Shown: piece by piece, positions 40,050 to 55,059 of the stretch
Numbering within the stretch: the first letter of the stretch is position 1
Layout of the letters: each line of letters begins with the position of its first letter
From: Reclinomonas americana ATCC 50394
Taxonomy: Eukaryota
Reading direction: 5' to 3'
Assembly (NCBI GenBank): GCA_048213135.1
Contig: PS015054.1
Span: 23,090-87,089, forward strand
Length of the DNA: 64,000 nucleotides
The notes under the pieces: generated by a model
Seen by the model: only the letters and a program-made list of their open reading frames with translations
What the model was told of the DNA's origin: nothing
Database searches by the model: none
Translations under genes and position numbers: made by a program

Positions 40050-41180
40050 GGTGCCTTAGTCTTCGTGTGGTGGTGGATCCCACTCACTCACTGCACACAA
40101 GAGAGCGACAGAAAATCAGTTGCAGTTCTTTGCACTTTTTTGTGTGTGTGGTTGTTGGAGGCGACAGAGAGAACGAGAGGCACGTAGGCAGTGAGTGCGA
40201 GAGAGAGAGGGTGAGAGAGAGGGAGAGTGGGCTCACACGCGCGCGTGGAGGGGTAAATGCCCGCTCACCATCAACACAACAGCCAACCAAAAAACAAAAA
40301 GGAACAGCACGATGAGGAAGAGTGCGAGAGAGAGGCGTGTGCGTGCGTGTGTGTGCGCGTGTGTGCGTGATGAGAGAACGCGCAATGAACGCACACAAAA
40401 GAGAGAATGCATTTCACACTGGCAATTGAGCAGGCAAGGGGAAAGCGATAACACACGCGCGCTCTTACATACACAAACTAGCTCGCATTACACCACTGTG
40501 ATACACAACCACATGTGCAGCACAGCATGCGCGAGAATGATTCAAGTGAGAGAACACACACACACACACATACAGAAGAATCCGGTAGGCGTGCCCCACT
40601 CTCTCTCTCTCACACATTCACCAGCCACACACAAGCTGTTATGCTGAACAACACAAAGACGATGACAGAAATGCACACACGCACTGACAGACAAGGAGAC
40701 AGTGAGAAGAAGTGAGAGAGGTGCCTGGGACACTGGAAAAACCTTTTTGTTCAACGACAAAGAGAGTTTTTTCAGTGAAAGACAACGCACAAAGTGACCA
40801 GTCACAGGCGATGAACGGAGAAGGGCAATGCACAGCGTGTGTGTGCGTGAGTGTGTGACTGTTCTGCGCGCACCAGCAACAAGAGACCGCTTTTTTTTGC
40901 GTGTGAATATTGATATCCGTCGTTCGCGCCAATCGACGGATTCACTTATAAACTCGGTGAGTGTAAGAGCGCGTGTTTTGTGGTGGCGTGAGTGCGTGTG
41001 TGTGTGGTGTGCGTGTGTGTACGTGTGTGTTGGTGTGCTGCTGCTGTGTGTGTGCGTTGTGTGCGTGTTTGTGTGCGTGTGAGTGTGTGTTGAGTTGCAT
41101 GGCGCATTTGCGCGTTGACACACTCACACTCACTCGTGTGTAGGAGGCACTGCAGTACGTACCTTTGACGGAGCGCAAAC

Positions 41181-42440
41181 ATGGCGGATCGTGTGAGCAA
41201 GAAGAAGAAGGTGAGAGGGAGAGGATGCCCAGAAAAGGGAGCGACTGCTCGAGAGAGGAGCACATGGCAGACGCACACAAGGACGCCCACGCGCTGCCTG
41301 CCTCTGCGTGTGTGTGTATATACCAGCAAGCAGTGCCTCAGCTAGCATGTGTGTGTCGGCGAGAACAGAGACGAAAAGGGAGAGGGGAGAGGCAGAGCAA
41401 GAGTTGATGTGCATGCCTTTGCCAGGCGCGCCCCCACACACCCACACTGACGCTGTGTTTGTCCCCTCTCTCTCTCTCTCTTTCGTTGGGTATAGTTCGT
41501 GGCGAACGGCGTGTTCTACGCTGAGCTGAATGAGTTCCTGAAGCGTGAGCTGGCCGAGGACGGTTTCTCGGGCTGCGAGGTCCGCGTCACCCCTCAGCGC
41601 ACTGAGATCATTATCCGCGCCACCCGTACCGACAAGGTCAGTCTCCTCACCTCTGCTCCCTCCCTCCTTCTGTCTCTTGCTGCGTGTGCGTGGCGGTCGC
41701 CATGTCCTTCGCCTTTTGTGTGTGTGTGTGTGTGACTCAGCCATGATCATGCCTCTCACTCGGCTTGTTGCAGGTGCTGGGCGACAAGAGCCGCCGCATT
41801 CGCGAGTTGACCTCGGTGGTGCAGAAGCGCTTTGGCTTCCCCGAGAATGGTGTGGAGCTGTTTGCCGAGCGCGTGTTCCACCGCGGACTGTCAGCCATGG
41901 CACAGTGCGAGAGCCTGAAGTTCAAGCTGATGAACGGTCTGGCCGTGCGCCGTGCGTGCTACTCCATCCTCCGCTTCGTCATGGAGTCGGGTGCCAAGGG
42001 TTGCGAGGTTCGCCGATGGCTGTGCATAGGAAGCAGCAGCGCAGCGACGACAATCTTGCTCACTTTTTTTTGTTTTGATTCTCCGTTTTTCTTAGGTCAC
42101 CGTGGCCGGCAAGCTGCGCGCGCAGCGTGCCAAGCGGATGAAGTTCCGCGACGGGTACATGCTCAAGACTGGTGAGCAGGTGTTGACATTCGTCGACAAG
42201 GCTGTGCGCCACGTCAAGATGCGCCAGGGTGTGCTCGGCATCCGCGTCGCCATTATGCTTCCGTTGGAGGCTGTGCAGCAGAAGGCACCCAAGCACGCCG
42301 GCCGCATCATCGAGCCCGACGTGTTGGAGGTGTACGAGCCCAAGGAGGAGGAGGAGGTGCCGCAGATCCCGATTGTGGCTGCCGCCGCGCCCGCACCGAC
42401 GGCCGGGGCTCCCGCTGCGGCGCCGGTGTTCGCCAAGTAA
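41181..42440 (+). CDS. RPS3: 40S ribosomal protein S3 (uS3), 4 exons
   Basis: [73 protein letters not shown]. Confidence 0.98.
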
Positions 42441-42623
42441 TCCCGCCACTTGTTACTGATCCTACAAACCGCCGTTTGCGCTTGCCGTTGAAGGGATTCC
42501 GCCGATACCTTTCAATGAATAAGTGCCTTCCGTAGCCACGGGGTGGGAAAGGGGGGAAGTGGAAGTGTCCTGCAGAGATTGCGTCGTCCTCTTCCCGTTG
42601 ACAAACCCGCCAAGCGAAGCTCG

Positions 42624-44883
42624 ATGAGTGAAGGCATGGATTTGCCGCCAGCGGAAGAGGCCATGGACGTGCCGCCGGCAGAAGACGGCCTGGATGTGCC
42701 GCAGGCGGAAGAGGCCATGGACGTGCCGCCGGCAGAGGAGGTCATGGATGTGCCGCTCGCGGAAGAGTTACCGTCGGTGGAAGAGGTCGTGGATGCGCCG
42801 CCGGCGAATGGGGTGATGGATGTGCCGCCGCCGTCGCCCACCAGATTACCGCGGGACGACAAGCCGAGGAAACGAGAGAATGCCGAAGACGAAGAAGATG
42901 AAGACAGAGTGCCCAACTCGCCCCCTCGTCGGCATCATCGCCCTCCACCTCCACCACCACCACCACCACCAGCAGCAGCGCGGATGAGAGACGCGGTAGA
43001 GTCCAGCAGCATGGGGACGCGCAAAAAGTCGTCGAAACAACCGTCCACTCCCAAGTCGACTGCACTCACCGTCGCCAGCTCCACGCCGTCACCCGCGTCA
43101 GTGAAGAAGGTGCGTGCGTGCGTGCGTGCGTGCGTGTAATCGATGACGGTGATCGCCGGAGACTGATTCCTCGTCGTTACCAATGCAGGACGAGGTGTTG
43201 GAGGAGGATGCGTGGGTGGCTGGCGTGCGGCACATTGTGCAGCGCGACTACTTCCCCGACCTGCCTCGCATGCGGGCACAGATCGAGTTCATGGAGGCCG
43301 AGGAGCGCGGCGACGTGCTGGGCATGGAGCACGCTCGTGAACGCATGCTGAGCACGGTGCGTCGCACCGAGATCAAGGAGGCTTCTGGTGCCGCTGCCAC
43401 ACCGCGATCGATGCTGGGTGGCGGTGGATGGGAGGAAGGCGAGTTTACGCCGATGCACCGCGGCCACGGCAACGAGACACCTCGATCGATGCACTCGCGG
43501 GTGTCGTCGATGAGCACCAGATCGAAGCGGTCGACGGCGGTGCCGGAAGACGTGCCGCAGGTGGCCGGTCGCATGTCGCTCGACGAGTTTGTGAACACGC
43601 ACACGAGTGAGGATAACGCGGCGTTCGAGAAGCTGCTGCGGCAACAGAACAAGATCCACCGACACCACTACGCGTGGGTGAACGAGGCGACGGAGAAGGC
43701 TCGCGTGCGACAGGAGCAGCGGCTAGCGGTACGCACCCTGGTGGTGTTTCTTTCTGCTTTGTGTGCACAACACTCAACGCTGTGTTTGCGCAGATCGAAG
43801 GTGTGAAGAACCGCGCGCTGGAGGGCGAACGACTGTCGACCGGTGAGAAAGAAATGTTGGCGATTGCCGCTCGGCCGGCTGGCGTGGAATCGTCGAGCGT
43901 GACCTCCATGTCGACGCTCATGTTTCCCGTGGGGTTTGTTGTTGTTGATTGTCGGTGTGTGAGTGTGTGGCGGCGGGATTCTGACCGTGGCCATGTGCAT
44001 GCGTGCGCAGTGAGACGGTGGCGCTTCGGCCCGACGAGGTCAAGATGGGCCCGCCAAAGATGATCAATCGGCAGAACTCGCGCTTCCGAACGCAGGAACG
44101 GCAGGCGATTGATGAGGCCGACAAGGTGCGTATCAGTGGCGGCGTTGGGGCGCAGCGAGTGTGAGCTGACTGGTGGAGATTGTTCTCGATTGTAGCCCAT
44201 GCCACCACCGAGCTCGCTCGATCAGGTGTGGGGTGTGACGGGCGAGCATCCGATTCTCGGCAAGCGCTACCGCACCGACAATGCGAAAGTGGATCTCGAT
44301 GGTGCGTCCTGTTGTTCTCTTATGTCAGTGTGTGTGTCGTTCATCGTGCCAACATGCTTCGTATTACATAGACTTGCGAAAGGATGCCGGTCAAGTCGCC
44401 GGCCACTCGTTCGTGCCGACACCGTCGCCGCGACCGGGTGCTGGTGGCGAGTCACCGTTCATGACATGGGGTGAGGTGGCCGGTACGCCACTGGTTCTGG
44501 ACCCGAGCATGACACCGGGGCCGGCGTTTCGCGTGCCGGCCACTCCTCACCGCACGCAAGTCGCTCTGAACCTGGTGGAGGAGTTCTCCGCACGCAAGCG
44601 ACGCGAATCAAAAGCCCGCGCCGAGCAGTCGGACGCCACCGACGTCAACCGTCGCATCGCCACACCCTCTCGCAAAGCCAGCATGACCGACCTGTCGCCG
44701 GCCGCGCGCAAGTTGGCCGCCAAGGCCCTCGGTCGCAACGCGGACGCCGACCCGCAACTGCGATCGAGCTACAGCACAAGCGGCGCCTCTCCACAGCACA
44801 AGAGACCACGCACCTCCGGCGGCCTGTTGACGCCCTCGCCATCGCTGACACCCACCGGCACCCCGCGACGACCCGCACAATGA
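42624..44883 (+). CDS. ESS2: Splicing factor ESS2/DGCR14 homolog with repetitive acidic N-terminal extension
   Basis: VLEEDAWV..IVQRDYFPDL, SLDEFVNTHTSEDNAAF, SFVPTPSPRPG..ESPFMTWGEVAGTP, LSPAARKL, QLRSSY. Confidence 0.92.
42636..42830 (+). repeat. Coding 27-nt tandem repeat (MDVPPAEEA-like, ~6-7 units)
   Basis: Units such as atggacgtgccgccggcagaagaggcc repeated with substitutions. Confidence 0.85.
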
Positions 44884-44988
44884 ACAAGTCGATGTCGACT
44901 AGCCATTTCGCGAAATCTTCCCGCATTTGCTCGAGTTGAACTTTGGTGTGAGAGAGAAGAAGACCGCACTTCGACGACAAACACAAAC

Positions 44989-46533
44989 ATGGAGGTGTTG
45001 ACTGCAGGCGCCGAGCTGGTGCTCATGCGAGACATGAGTGGCATGGTGGCGTACCCCTGCTCCTTCTACGCAAACGAGGAAGAAGTGGAAGAGGAGGAAG
45101 AGGAGGAGAGTGAGTCATTCTCCTTCTACGAGGGCTGCAGTGGTGGCCTGTTGCGCGAGGCGGCTGATGGCGACGTGGAGGTGGAAGAAGACGAGGAGGC
45201 AGAGGAAGAAGGAGGACGAGTGTCGTGGTCATCATCATCATCATCATCATCGTCGACTTGCACCAGCAGTGTGTGTCGCGTTCTGTCGCACGCACCGCCA
45301 CCAGCACCCTCACTGCTGGCACCACTCAGCAAGCACGGCGACGTGGAGTGGGTGTGTGAGTGGGCCGAGGCGAACGACGAGGAGGAAGACTGTGCATGCG
45401 CAGCAATGGACGACGACGACGAGGAGGAGGAAGACGTCACAGTGGACATGGTGTTTGGTGCGATGGACGGGTGCGGAGGCGTGCAGGAGGAGTGCATGCT
45501 GGTGACCACACTGTCGATGTCAGTGACCGCGGAGGCAACCTCACTTACCACCACTGCATCATCAAAGTCAACTTCAACTGCGCCTCCGCGCAGGCGAAAT
45601 GCACCGCCAGTGTTGCCGGAAATCAACCAGGTGAGTGGTGGTGGTGGTGGTGGTGGTGATGGTGGGAATGAGGGTGGTGTGTGTATGTCAGTGAGTGTCA
45701 AGTGGAGTTGTGCATGCAAGTGGCGTTGAGTCGCACACTTTGATCGGAGAAACTGTTTGTGTCAGGGATTTCCTTTTTAGGCAGAAATTTGCCATCACGC
45801 GACAGCTGGTGATTGACGTTCTGTGTGTTTGTTTGTTGTCTGTGTGTGTGTGAGCGCAGAGCTTCTGCATGGTGGGTGTGGTGCCGGTGGAGCGAGCGCA
45901 TCGGCTGCTGCGAGTGGCCTCCAACTACATTGATCAACATTTGTTTGTGGCGGGCCGACCACGCCTGCAGCGGTGGCATCCGGGGTGGAGCGATTTTGCG
46001 TACGATCCGTGGGACTGCCCACTGGAGAGCTTCATGACCCGCATCTGTCGCGTGGCGGAGACCACGCCCACGGCACTCTTCCTCTCCGTCTACTACCTGC
46101 GCCTGCTGCTCAACAAACATCCCGCGTGCATCATCGACTGGTGAGTCTCTCTGTGTGCGTCTGTGTCTGCGTCTATGATGATGCTGATGACGAGTCTCAC
46201 GGTGGTGCGGCAGCAACAACGTGCATCGCCTGTGGTACGTGGCGCTGCTGGTGGCCACCAAGTTCTCCGAAGATCGTCCCCTCGACAACGTCACCTGGGC
46301 CATGATTGGCATACACTGGCCACTGGCCAAGGTACGCAGAGCTAGTGTGTAGAACTAGCGCCTTGCCGACACGGTGGAAGCTGACACGCTGCGCACAGAC
46401 CAACGAGCTGGAGCGTGAGTTCCTCAGTTTGCTGGATTACGAGTTGCACACGAAGGATCTCGTCTTGTTCTTGGTCGACAACGTTGCGGGCTTCGAGCAA
46501 GACATGTTGCGCTGGCAGCCAGTGTGGTCGTAG
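44989..46533 (+). CDS. PHO80/PCL-like (cyclin P/U family) cyclin
   Basis: PLESFMTRICRVAETTPTALFLSVYYL, NNVHRLWYVALLVATKFSED, NVTWAMIG, NELEREFLSLLDYEL; acidic N-terminus. Confidence 0.88.
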
Positions 46534-46647
46534 TGGCAACACATCCCGCCACTTCTGCCCTCTCTCTCTGCCGTTCTTGACAAGTGAAAAAGAAAACGAA
46601 ACTTCGATCGAGTTGTCCTTCGTCTTCCACACACGCACGAGACTGGA

Positions 46648-46712
46648 ATGAGTGAGCCCCACGCCGAGGCCAGTGAGGTCGCGTCCGCAGCACCCGCAGC
46701 AGCACCAGCAGT

Positions 46713-46744
<32 letters not shown>

Positions 46745-48707
46745 AAGAGCAGCCTTCTCCTCCGCCTGCAGTGGTGGTCGGGTGCCCGGCCGATGCCGAC
46801 GAGCTGTACAAGTGCCTGGCGGTCACTGGTGTGTGTGTATGTGTGTATGTGTGTTGCTAAGAGTGTGTGTGTACATTCATCGTACCTGACTGCGCTGTGC
46901 AGAGGAGGCCTTCAAGTTCAAAGAATGGCTTCCGGCCGATTTTTTCCGCGTCACATGGAACGCCGAGGAGTCGCCGTCGTTGGCCTATCATCGATGTGTG
47001 ACGGTTGGTTGACGCATGTGTGCACACACACGCACACACGCGTGCATTCGTGATACAGACTGATTTCCTCGTGTGTGTGCGCAGGTCGGCGACACTGTGG
47101 TCAGCTGTCTGCGGTGTTTGCCTCGGCATGTGCAGTGTGGCGCCAGCATTCTTCGTGTGTTGCGTGGCGCACATTCCTGTGCTCTGCTGTGAGTGGTGTG
47201 GCGAGCTCGAGAGATCTGAGTGAGTGCGTGCAGTGGTTGCATCGCCGATGTGTCGACGCATCCGGCGCACCAGCGCAAGGGCTATGCCACGAAGCTGCTG
47301 TCGGGCACCATTGAGTACATGCAGCGTTGCGTCCTCCTCCTCTTCCCTCTTCTTCTTCTTCCCTGCTCAAGCTTGTGTGTTCGCACAGAGGAAGGCTACC
47401 ACTTGTCGATGCTGCTGACAAACACGGCGACGGCGCCCGTGTACGAAAAGTTCGGCTACTGCTCGTTCCCCACGCCACAGCTGATGGTGCACTTGTTGGG
47501 TGAGTACGAGATCCATCTGACTGTGCGTTTGTGCGATCCGGTTCCTGATTCTCCCGAGAAAGGCTTGTCGACGCTGCGTGACGCGCCGGCGGGAGACGGT
47601 CGCTCCATCATTCGACCGTACAAGCACGAGAAGGATGCGGTGGCGGTGAATCTGGTGTACGCCGAGCATCACGCCCGTGTGCTGTCGCGCGGTGCCGTCA
47701 CGCGCTCCGAGGCGTATCATGAGCGCTCACTGCGCTGGTTCTACGATCCCGAGCTCTTCCTCGTGGCAGCGTGTGAGGACGGCTCTGTCGACGGATTCGT
47801 GCGAGCCACTCTCGAAGGTGCGCCACGTCTCGCTCTCTGCTCCCACTGTTGCTTTATCGGTTCACACAGATAGCGCATGCACAGTTGAGCACGTCAAGTT
47901 GGAGATCCACGACCTGTGCTTGGCCACCGACACCAGTTCCGACGTGGCTTTCCGGTTGCTGCGCGAGCTGATTTCGACGGTGCTCGCACGGCTGCCACTG
48001 CGACAGGAGACTCCCCGTCTAACCGTGTCGTTCTTTGGGTCGCCGGAGCCGGAGCTTCTCACGCACTTGAACTATGTGCTGGACGAGGCCGACGTGCAGC
48101 GCACTCTCGAGTGGCATCCCACACCTGGTTCGACAAACTCACTTTCCCCACTTCGTGCTTAGCTCTGACTGCTGTCCTTGCCAGGTGTATTCCAGGTGCG
48201 CATGCTCACTCCGCCGGTGATGTTGCTGCAGGCGCTGGAAAAGGACATTGAGGAGCGCCTGGCGGCTGTGCCCCTGCAGCTGCCGTTTGAACTGTGCATG
48301 CTCGTGGGGGAGAGCCGCCAGGTGGCCTCGATTCGTCGCGACGACAGGGGCGAGGTCACTGTGCACGACTCGTTTGCCGCCATTTGTGCGTTGCTTCCTC
48401 CCCCCGTAGCCGCTTGTGCGATGTGCAGCGAGTTGCTCACCTCTGTGGACAGGTGATGTGTGCATGCAGCTGCACTTGACGGAGCGCGATTTCCTGGCCT
48501 TCTTCCTTGGCTTCTCAGGTGCGTCTCCCAATGCCATTTCCCCTGTCCGCGCCGTGGTACGTGCTCACGCCGTGTGCGTTGCACAACACAGGATCCTCAG
48601 CGGCCTTTACACCCAAGAGTTTCGGGCAGCCGTGGTCCATAATATTGGCGGCTGCTTTTGTGCCACCACATCGCCCCTTCTTCTGGAACAAGGTCGACAA
48701 ATTCTGA
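46648..48707 (+). CDS. GNAT acetyltransferase, Eis-like architecture
   Basis: Acetyl-CoA motif IADVSTHPAHQRKGYATKLL and VYEKFGY; second GNAT-like region; SCP2-like LTERDFLAFFLG; spliced C-terminus PFFWNKVDKF*. Confidence 0.8.
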
Positions 48708-48763
48708 CACATCGTTCCACCCGCGCAAAAGGTAGTAGCAGTATAACAAAGGACACGTTTGAT

Positions 48764-50592
48764 TCATGATTTCTCCGTGGCTGTCGATGACGGTGGTGGT
48801 GGTGGTGTGAGTTCGGAGAGCGGCCACCGCGGTCTAGGTTGCAATAAATGCGAGTCGTGCGGTGTTGGCGGTTCGCCAGCGCGCAGTCTGCATGCGGCAC
48901 GGCACATGAGCGTACAAAAGAACAGCGAGTGGGTGGGTGGGTGGGTACAGCGTACCGTTCCATGGTGGCCCACGCCACCATGACTCCATTGTCAGTGGCG
49001 TATCGCATCGGTGCGCACTCGAGTGGCACGCCACGCGAGTCACACAATTGTTGCAAGCTGCTACGAATGTGCTGGTTCGCCGAGACGCCACCGCACAGTA
49101 CCTGCCGCCGTGCACAGTGAGATACGTGAAAGCAACAGAAACGCACGTGTGCTACAAGACACACCATGGCGCGCACGGACGTTGGTCCGAGGCGATCCAG
49201 TGCGACGCGAGTCTTGAACACCAGCTGCGCAGTGGCCGCATGCTGGAAACTGGCACACAAGTCACGCTTCGTGGCATCGTCAACCGACGCACTGGCACGA
49301 TGCTGGCCACTCGTCAGCAGCAATCGCGCTCACGTCGCGCCACGGAACATCAATGAACCACGAACTCACTTTGGAGAAGCGTTCGCGTACTTGGTGGATG
49401 GTGGGCTCGTTGGAACTCGTCGCCTGGCTCTCAATCATTCGCACCGTGCGCAACACGGCTGACTTGAGACCAGAGAACGAAAAGTCGAGGGTGGACGACG
49501 TGTGAAGACCAATCTGCGCACGGAGCGCACCGTCAGAGAGACGTGCAGCTCTTCTCGCAGCAGGAGTCACGCACCGGCAACGTGAATCGTGAGGCGTCGC
49601 CCTCACGAGCCCACTCCTCCACCGCTCGCCCGCCAAGCAGTGTGTCGGTCTGTGGATCACCACCCTTCGCAGTCGGCAACGAGCATCAACACCGCATGAC
49701 GAGAGAGATGCACGCATACACACACACACACCTCCACACCCAGCAGCCGTGCGATCTTGTCGTATACTTCGCCGAGACTGTCGTCTCGTGTTTGACCGAG
49801 CACCTCGTACTCGCCCAGAGCCCGTGCGTGCGCCAGCAAGCAGTGCCCGCCACTGACCAGCAATGTCAGAAACGGGAACTGTGAGCAGCAGTTGAGTCGG
49901 AGCGACGAGTTCGTGGGCAAAAGGTGAAGTGGTAGACCTCCAGCTGTCGGCTGGTGAGTCGGGCCGTCAGCACGTGTGCTTCAAGATGGTTGCTGTGGCG
50001 ATGGGCTCCGTCAGCGACAGAAAGAAAAGAGAGGCAGGGGAGTGGCGGACGCTGCCGCAACATGGCATACAGCGGCACGCGATGTTTGAGCGACAGCGCC
50101 TTGGCAAAGTTCACACCCTCGGCCAAGCATATTTGCAATCCAGGACCCGCCGTGACGCCGATGGCGTGCACCACCGATCCATCGAGACTTACTCCACTCT
50201 CCTGCAGAGCCTCTCGCATGCACCGATCCAGATGCTCCCGATGCAGACTGGCGACAATCGTTGAGCAGGCAGACAACACACGACATGTGCCTGGCAAAAA
50301 CACACACAGCCACCTGCTCGAGACCGTCGGATGCACGCCTCCGTACTCGCGGTACATCTGTGTGTGAGTGAAGCGCGACTCGCCTTGCATCCACACGCGC
50401 ACTCAGTCGCTGCTGTGAGCAAAAACACGCGACACATGCACTCGCAAACGCACCAAGCACTTGTCCACGCTCGTCCACCACTCCAATGCCCGTGTCATCA
50501 CAGCTCGTCTCAATGCCCACCACTACCTTTGCCGTCCTTCTCACCCCGCTCGTGTGCATCCATCGTAATGATCCGAGCCGCGTCAGCCACAT
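48764..50592 (-). CDS. OSGEPL1: Mitochondrial tRNA N6-threonylcarbamoyltransferase (TsaD/Qri7/OSGEPL1)
   Basis: [85 protein letters not shown]; presequence-like N-terminus. Confidence 0.94.
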
Positions 50593-50657
50593 GTGATTCG
50601 CGCTGCGCGGTGTCCTGTCAGTGTCCGAGCTCGCGCGTTTCGTGTCTTTGTGTTTGC

Positions 50658-53364
<2,707 letters not shown>

Positions 53365-53385
53365 TGTACACTTTGTGTCTGTCTC

Positions 53386-54537
53386 TCATGTTGCAACAAA
53401 CTCATTCATGTGCCGCGCCAGTGTCAGAACCTCTTGCGCCGTGTCGTGATCGAAATTGTGCCCGGAGCCTTCGATGACGTGCAGGGTGCAGTCGGGTATG
53501 ACGCGCGAGAAGTGCTCGGCGTCGGACAGCGGGATGACGCGATCGTGATCGCCGTGCAGCAACAGCACTCGCGACGACTGAATGTGCGCACCAATGTCGC
53601 CCATGTCGAGTGCCGCGCGCTGCTGCGCGAGTTCGCGAGTGACCAGACAGTCGCGGCCACGAGTGTGCCACACGAAGGAGCCTGTGGTCTCCAGTTGTTC
53701 CAGTTGCTCCGACGAGAAGCGCGACTTGAGGCCGCCACCTGCACACACACGATTGTTGAGGGGTGGGGCCCGGCCGGGAGACTCTATGTCTTCTGCTGGC
53801 GCAACTCATGTCGAAGCGAGCGCTGATGGAGATGACGCAAGGAGGAGGCGGCTCCTCTGCGTTGCCGGAAACGGCTGCCGCATACATGAGCACCACGTTG
53901 CCGCCCTGCGAGTGTCCGGCCACAGCCGCCACATGATGACCAGCGGCGCGCAAATGACGAATCTGCAAGCCCATCCATCACAGGTCGGCAAAGAGATGCA
54001 CACAGGCAGAAGAAGAGAGCATCGTGCGTGACGCACCACCGCCCGCAGATCGTCGACCTCGGCCACCAAGTTGCCCCACAACAGCGGTCCGTCCGACTCG
54101 CCATTGCCGGCAAAGTCAAAGGCGAATACAGGCGGTGACAAGTGCGGATACAGCTGCAGCGGATGGAGATGTCATGTGTCCATGTACGCAGACAGACGAA
54201 ATGCGCGAGAGATGAACACCTGTGGGTAACTGCACGCGGCGCAAGAGAGATGGTTGGTTGATCATGTGTGATCGGATGAATCATGCATGCATGCATGGAT
54301 CTCACGCAACAAATCGGACTCTTTCGTGCACATCATGCCATGGCAAAACACAATGACATCGTTTGTCTGCAGGCAAAGCACGCAGAGGGGCACTCCAATT
54401 CCGTGAGGTGTCGCATCTCATGCCGCACTTATGGCAAGTGGGAGGCAATCACCAACCTCCGCGTGCGGATTCGAATTCCACCAGGCACCACACAGGCGCC
54501 GCCGCTCATCAGTGATCCACTCGCGTTTCTCGCCCAT
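53386..54537 (-). CDS. Alpha/beta hydrolase (serine, GxSxG)
   Basis: VIVFCHGMM, FDFAGNGESDG, AEVDDLRAV, GHSQGG, LLLHGDHDRVIP, IEGSGHNF. Confidence 0.9.
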
Positions 54538-55059
54538 CGAATGTGCGCAGATTGCACAAGACTCGGAGGACGTCGCAATCATTTTCTGACCGTTAGAATT
54601 CGACCGGACGTTTCGATTGGGGATTTGTGGAATTTTGCGAGAGAAAGCGTGCGGTGAGAGGAAGTGCGAGAGAGAGAAGGATACGGCCGAACGCAGGGAC
54701 TGAGGAAACAAGAAACAAGAAAACAAGTCACGCCATAGCCTAGTGTGACACTCGACGACCATGGGGTGAGTGCAATCCAACCACGACGACGATGGCGATT
54801 GCCGACTTTGTGCTGACTGTGGTGCAGATGCGGAACGTCTTTGCATTCTGGCCTCCTGCCGCGTGGTGAGTGACTCTTCACCGACGCACACACACACACA
54901 CACACACACGTGCGACATGCACATGAAAGAAGAAGAAGAGTCGAGATACATGTTTGAAAAAGCCGTTTGATTGATTTCCACCAAGTTTGGCCGTTGACAC
55001 AATCACTTTCGCTCACTGTTCTGGGGGGTTTGATTCATGTCGCAGTGCCGACGGCCATC

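Noticed and set aside
48764-48769. Apparent 6-nt overlap of two convergent ORFs sharing the palindrome TCATGA as Ser-stop on both strands
   Set aside because: The plus-strand ORF reaching 48769 reads through an intron. After splicing, the GNAT ends PFFWNKVDKF* at 48707, so there is no overlap.
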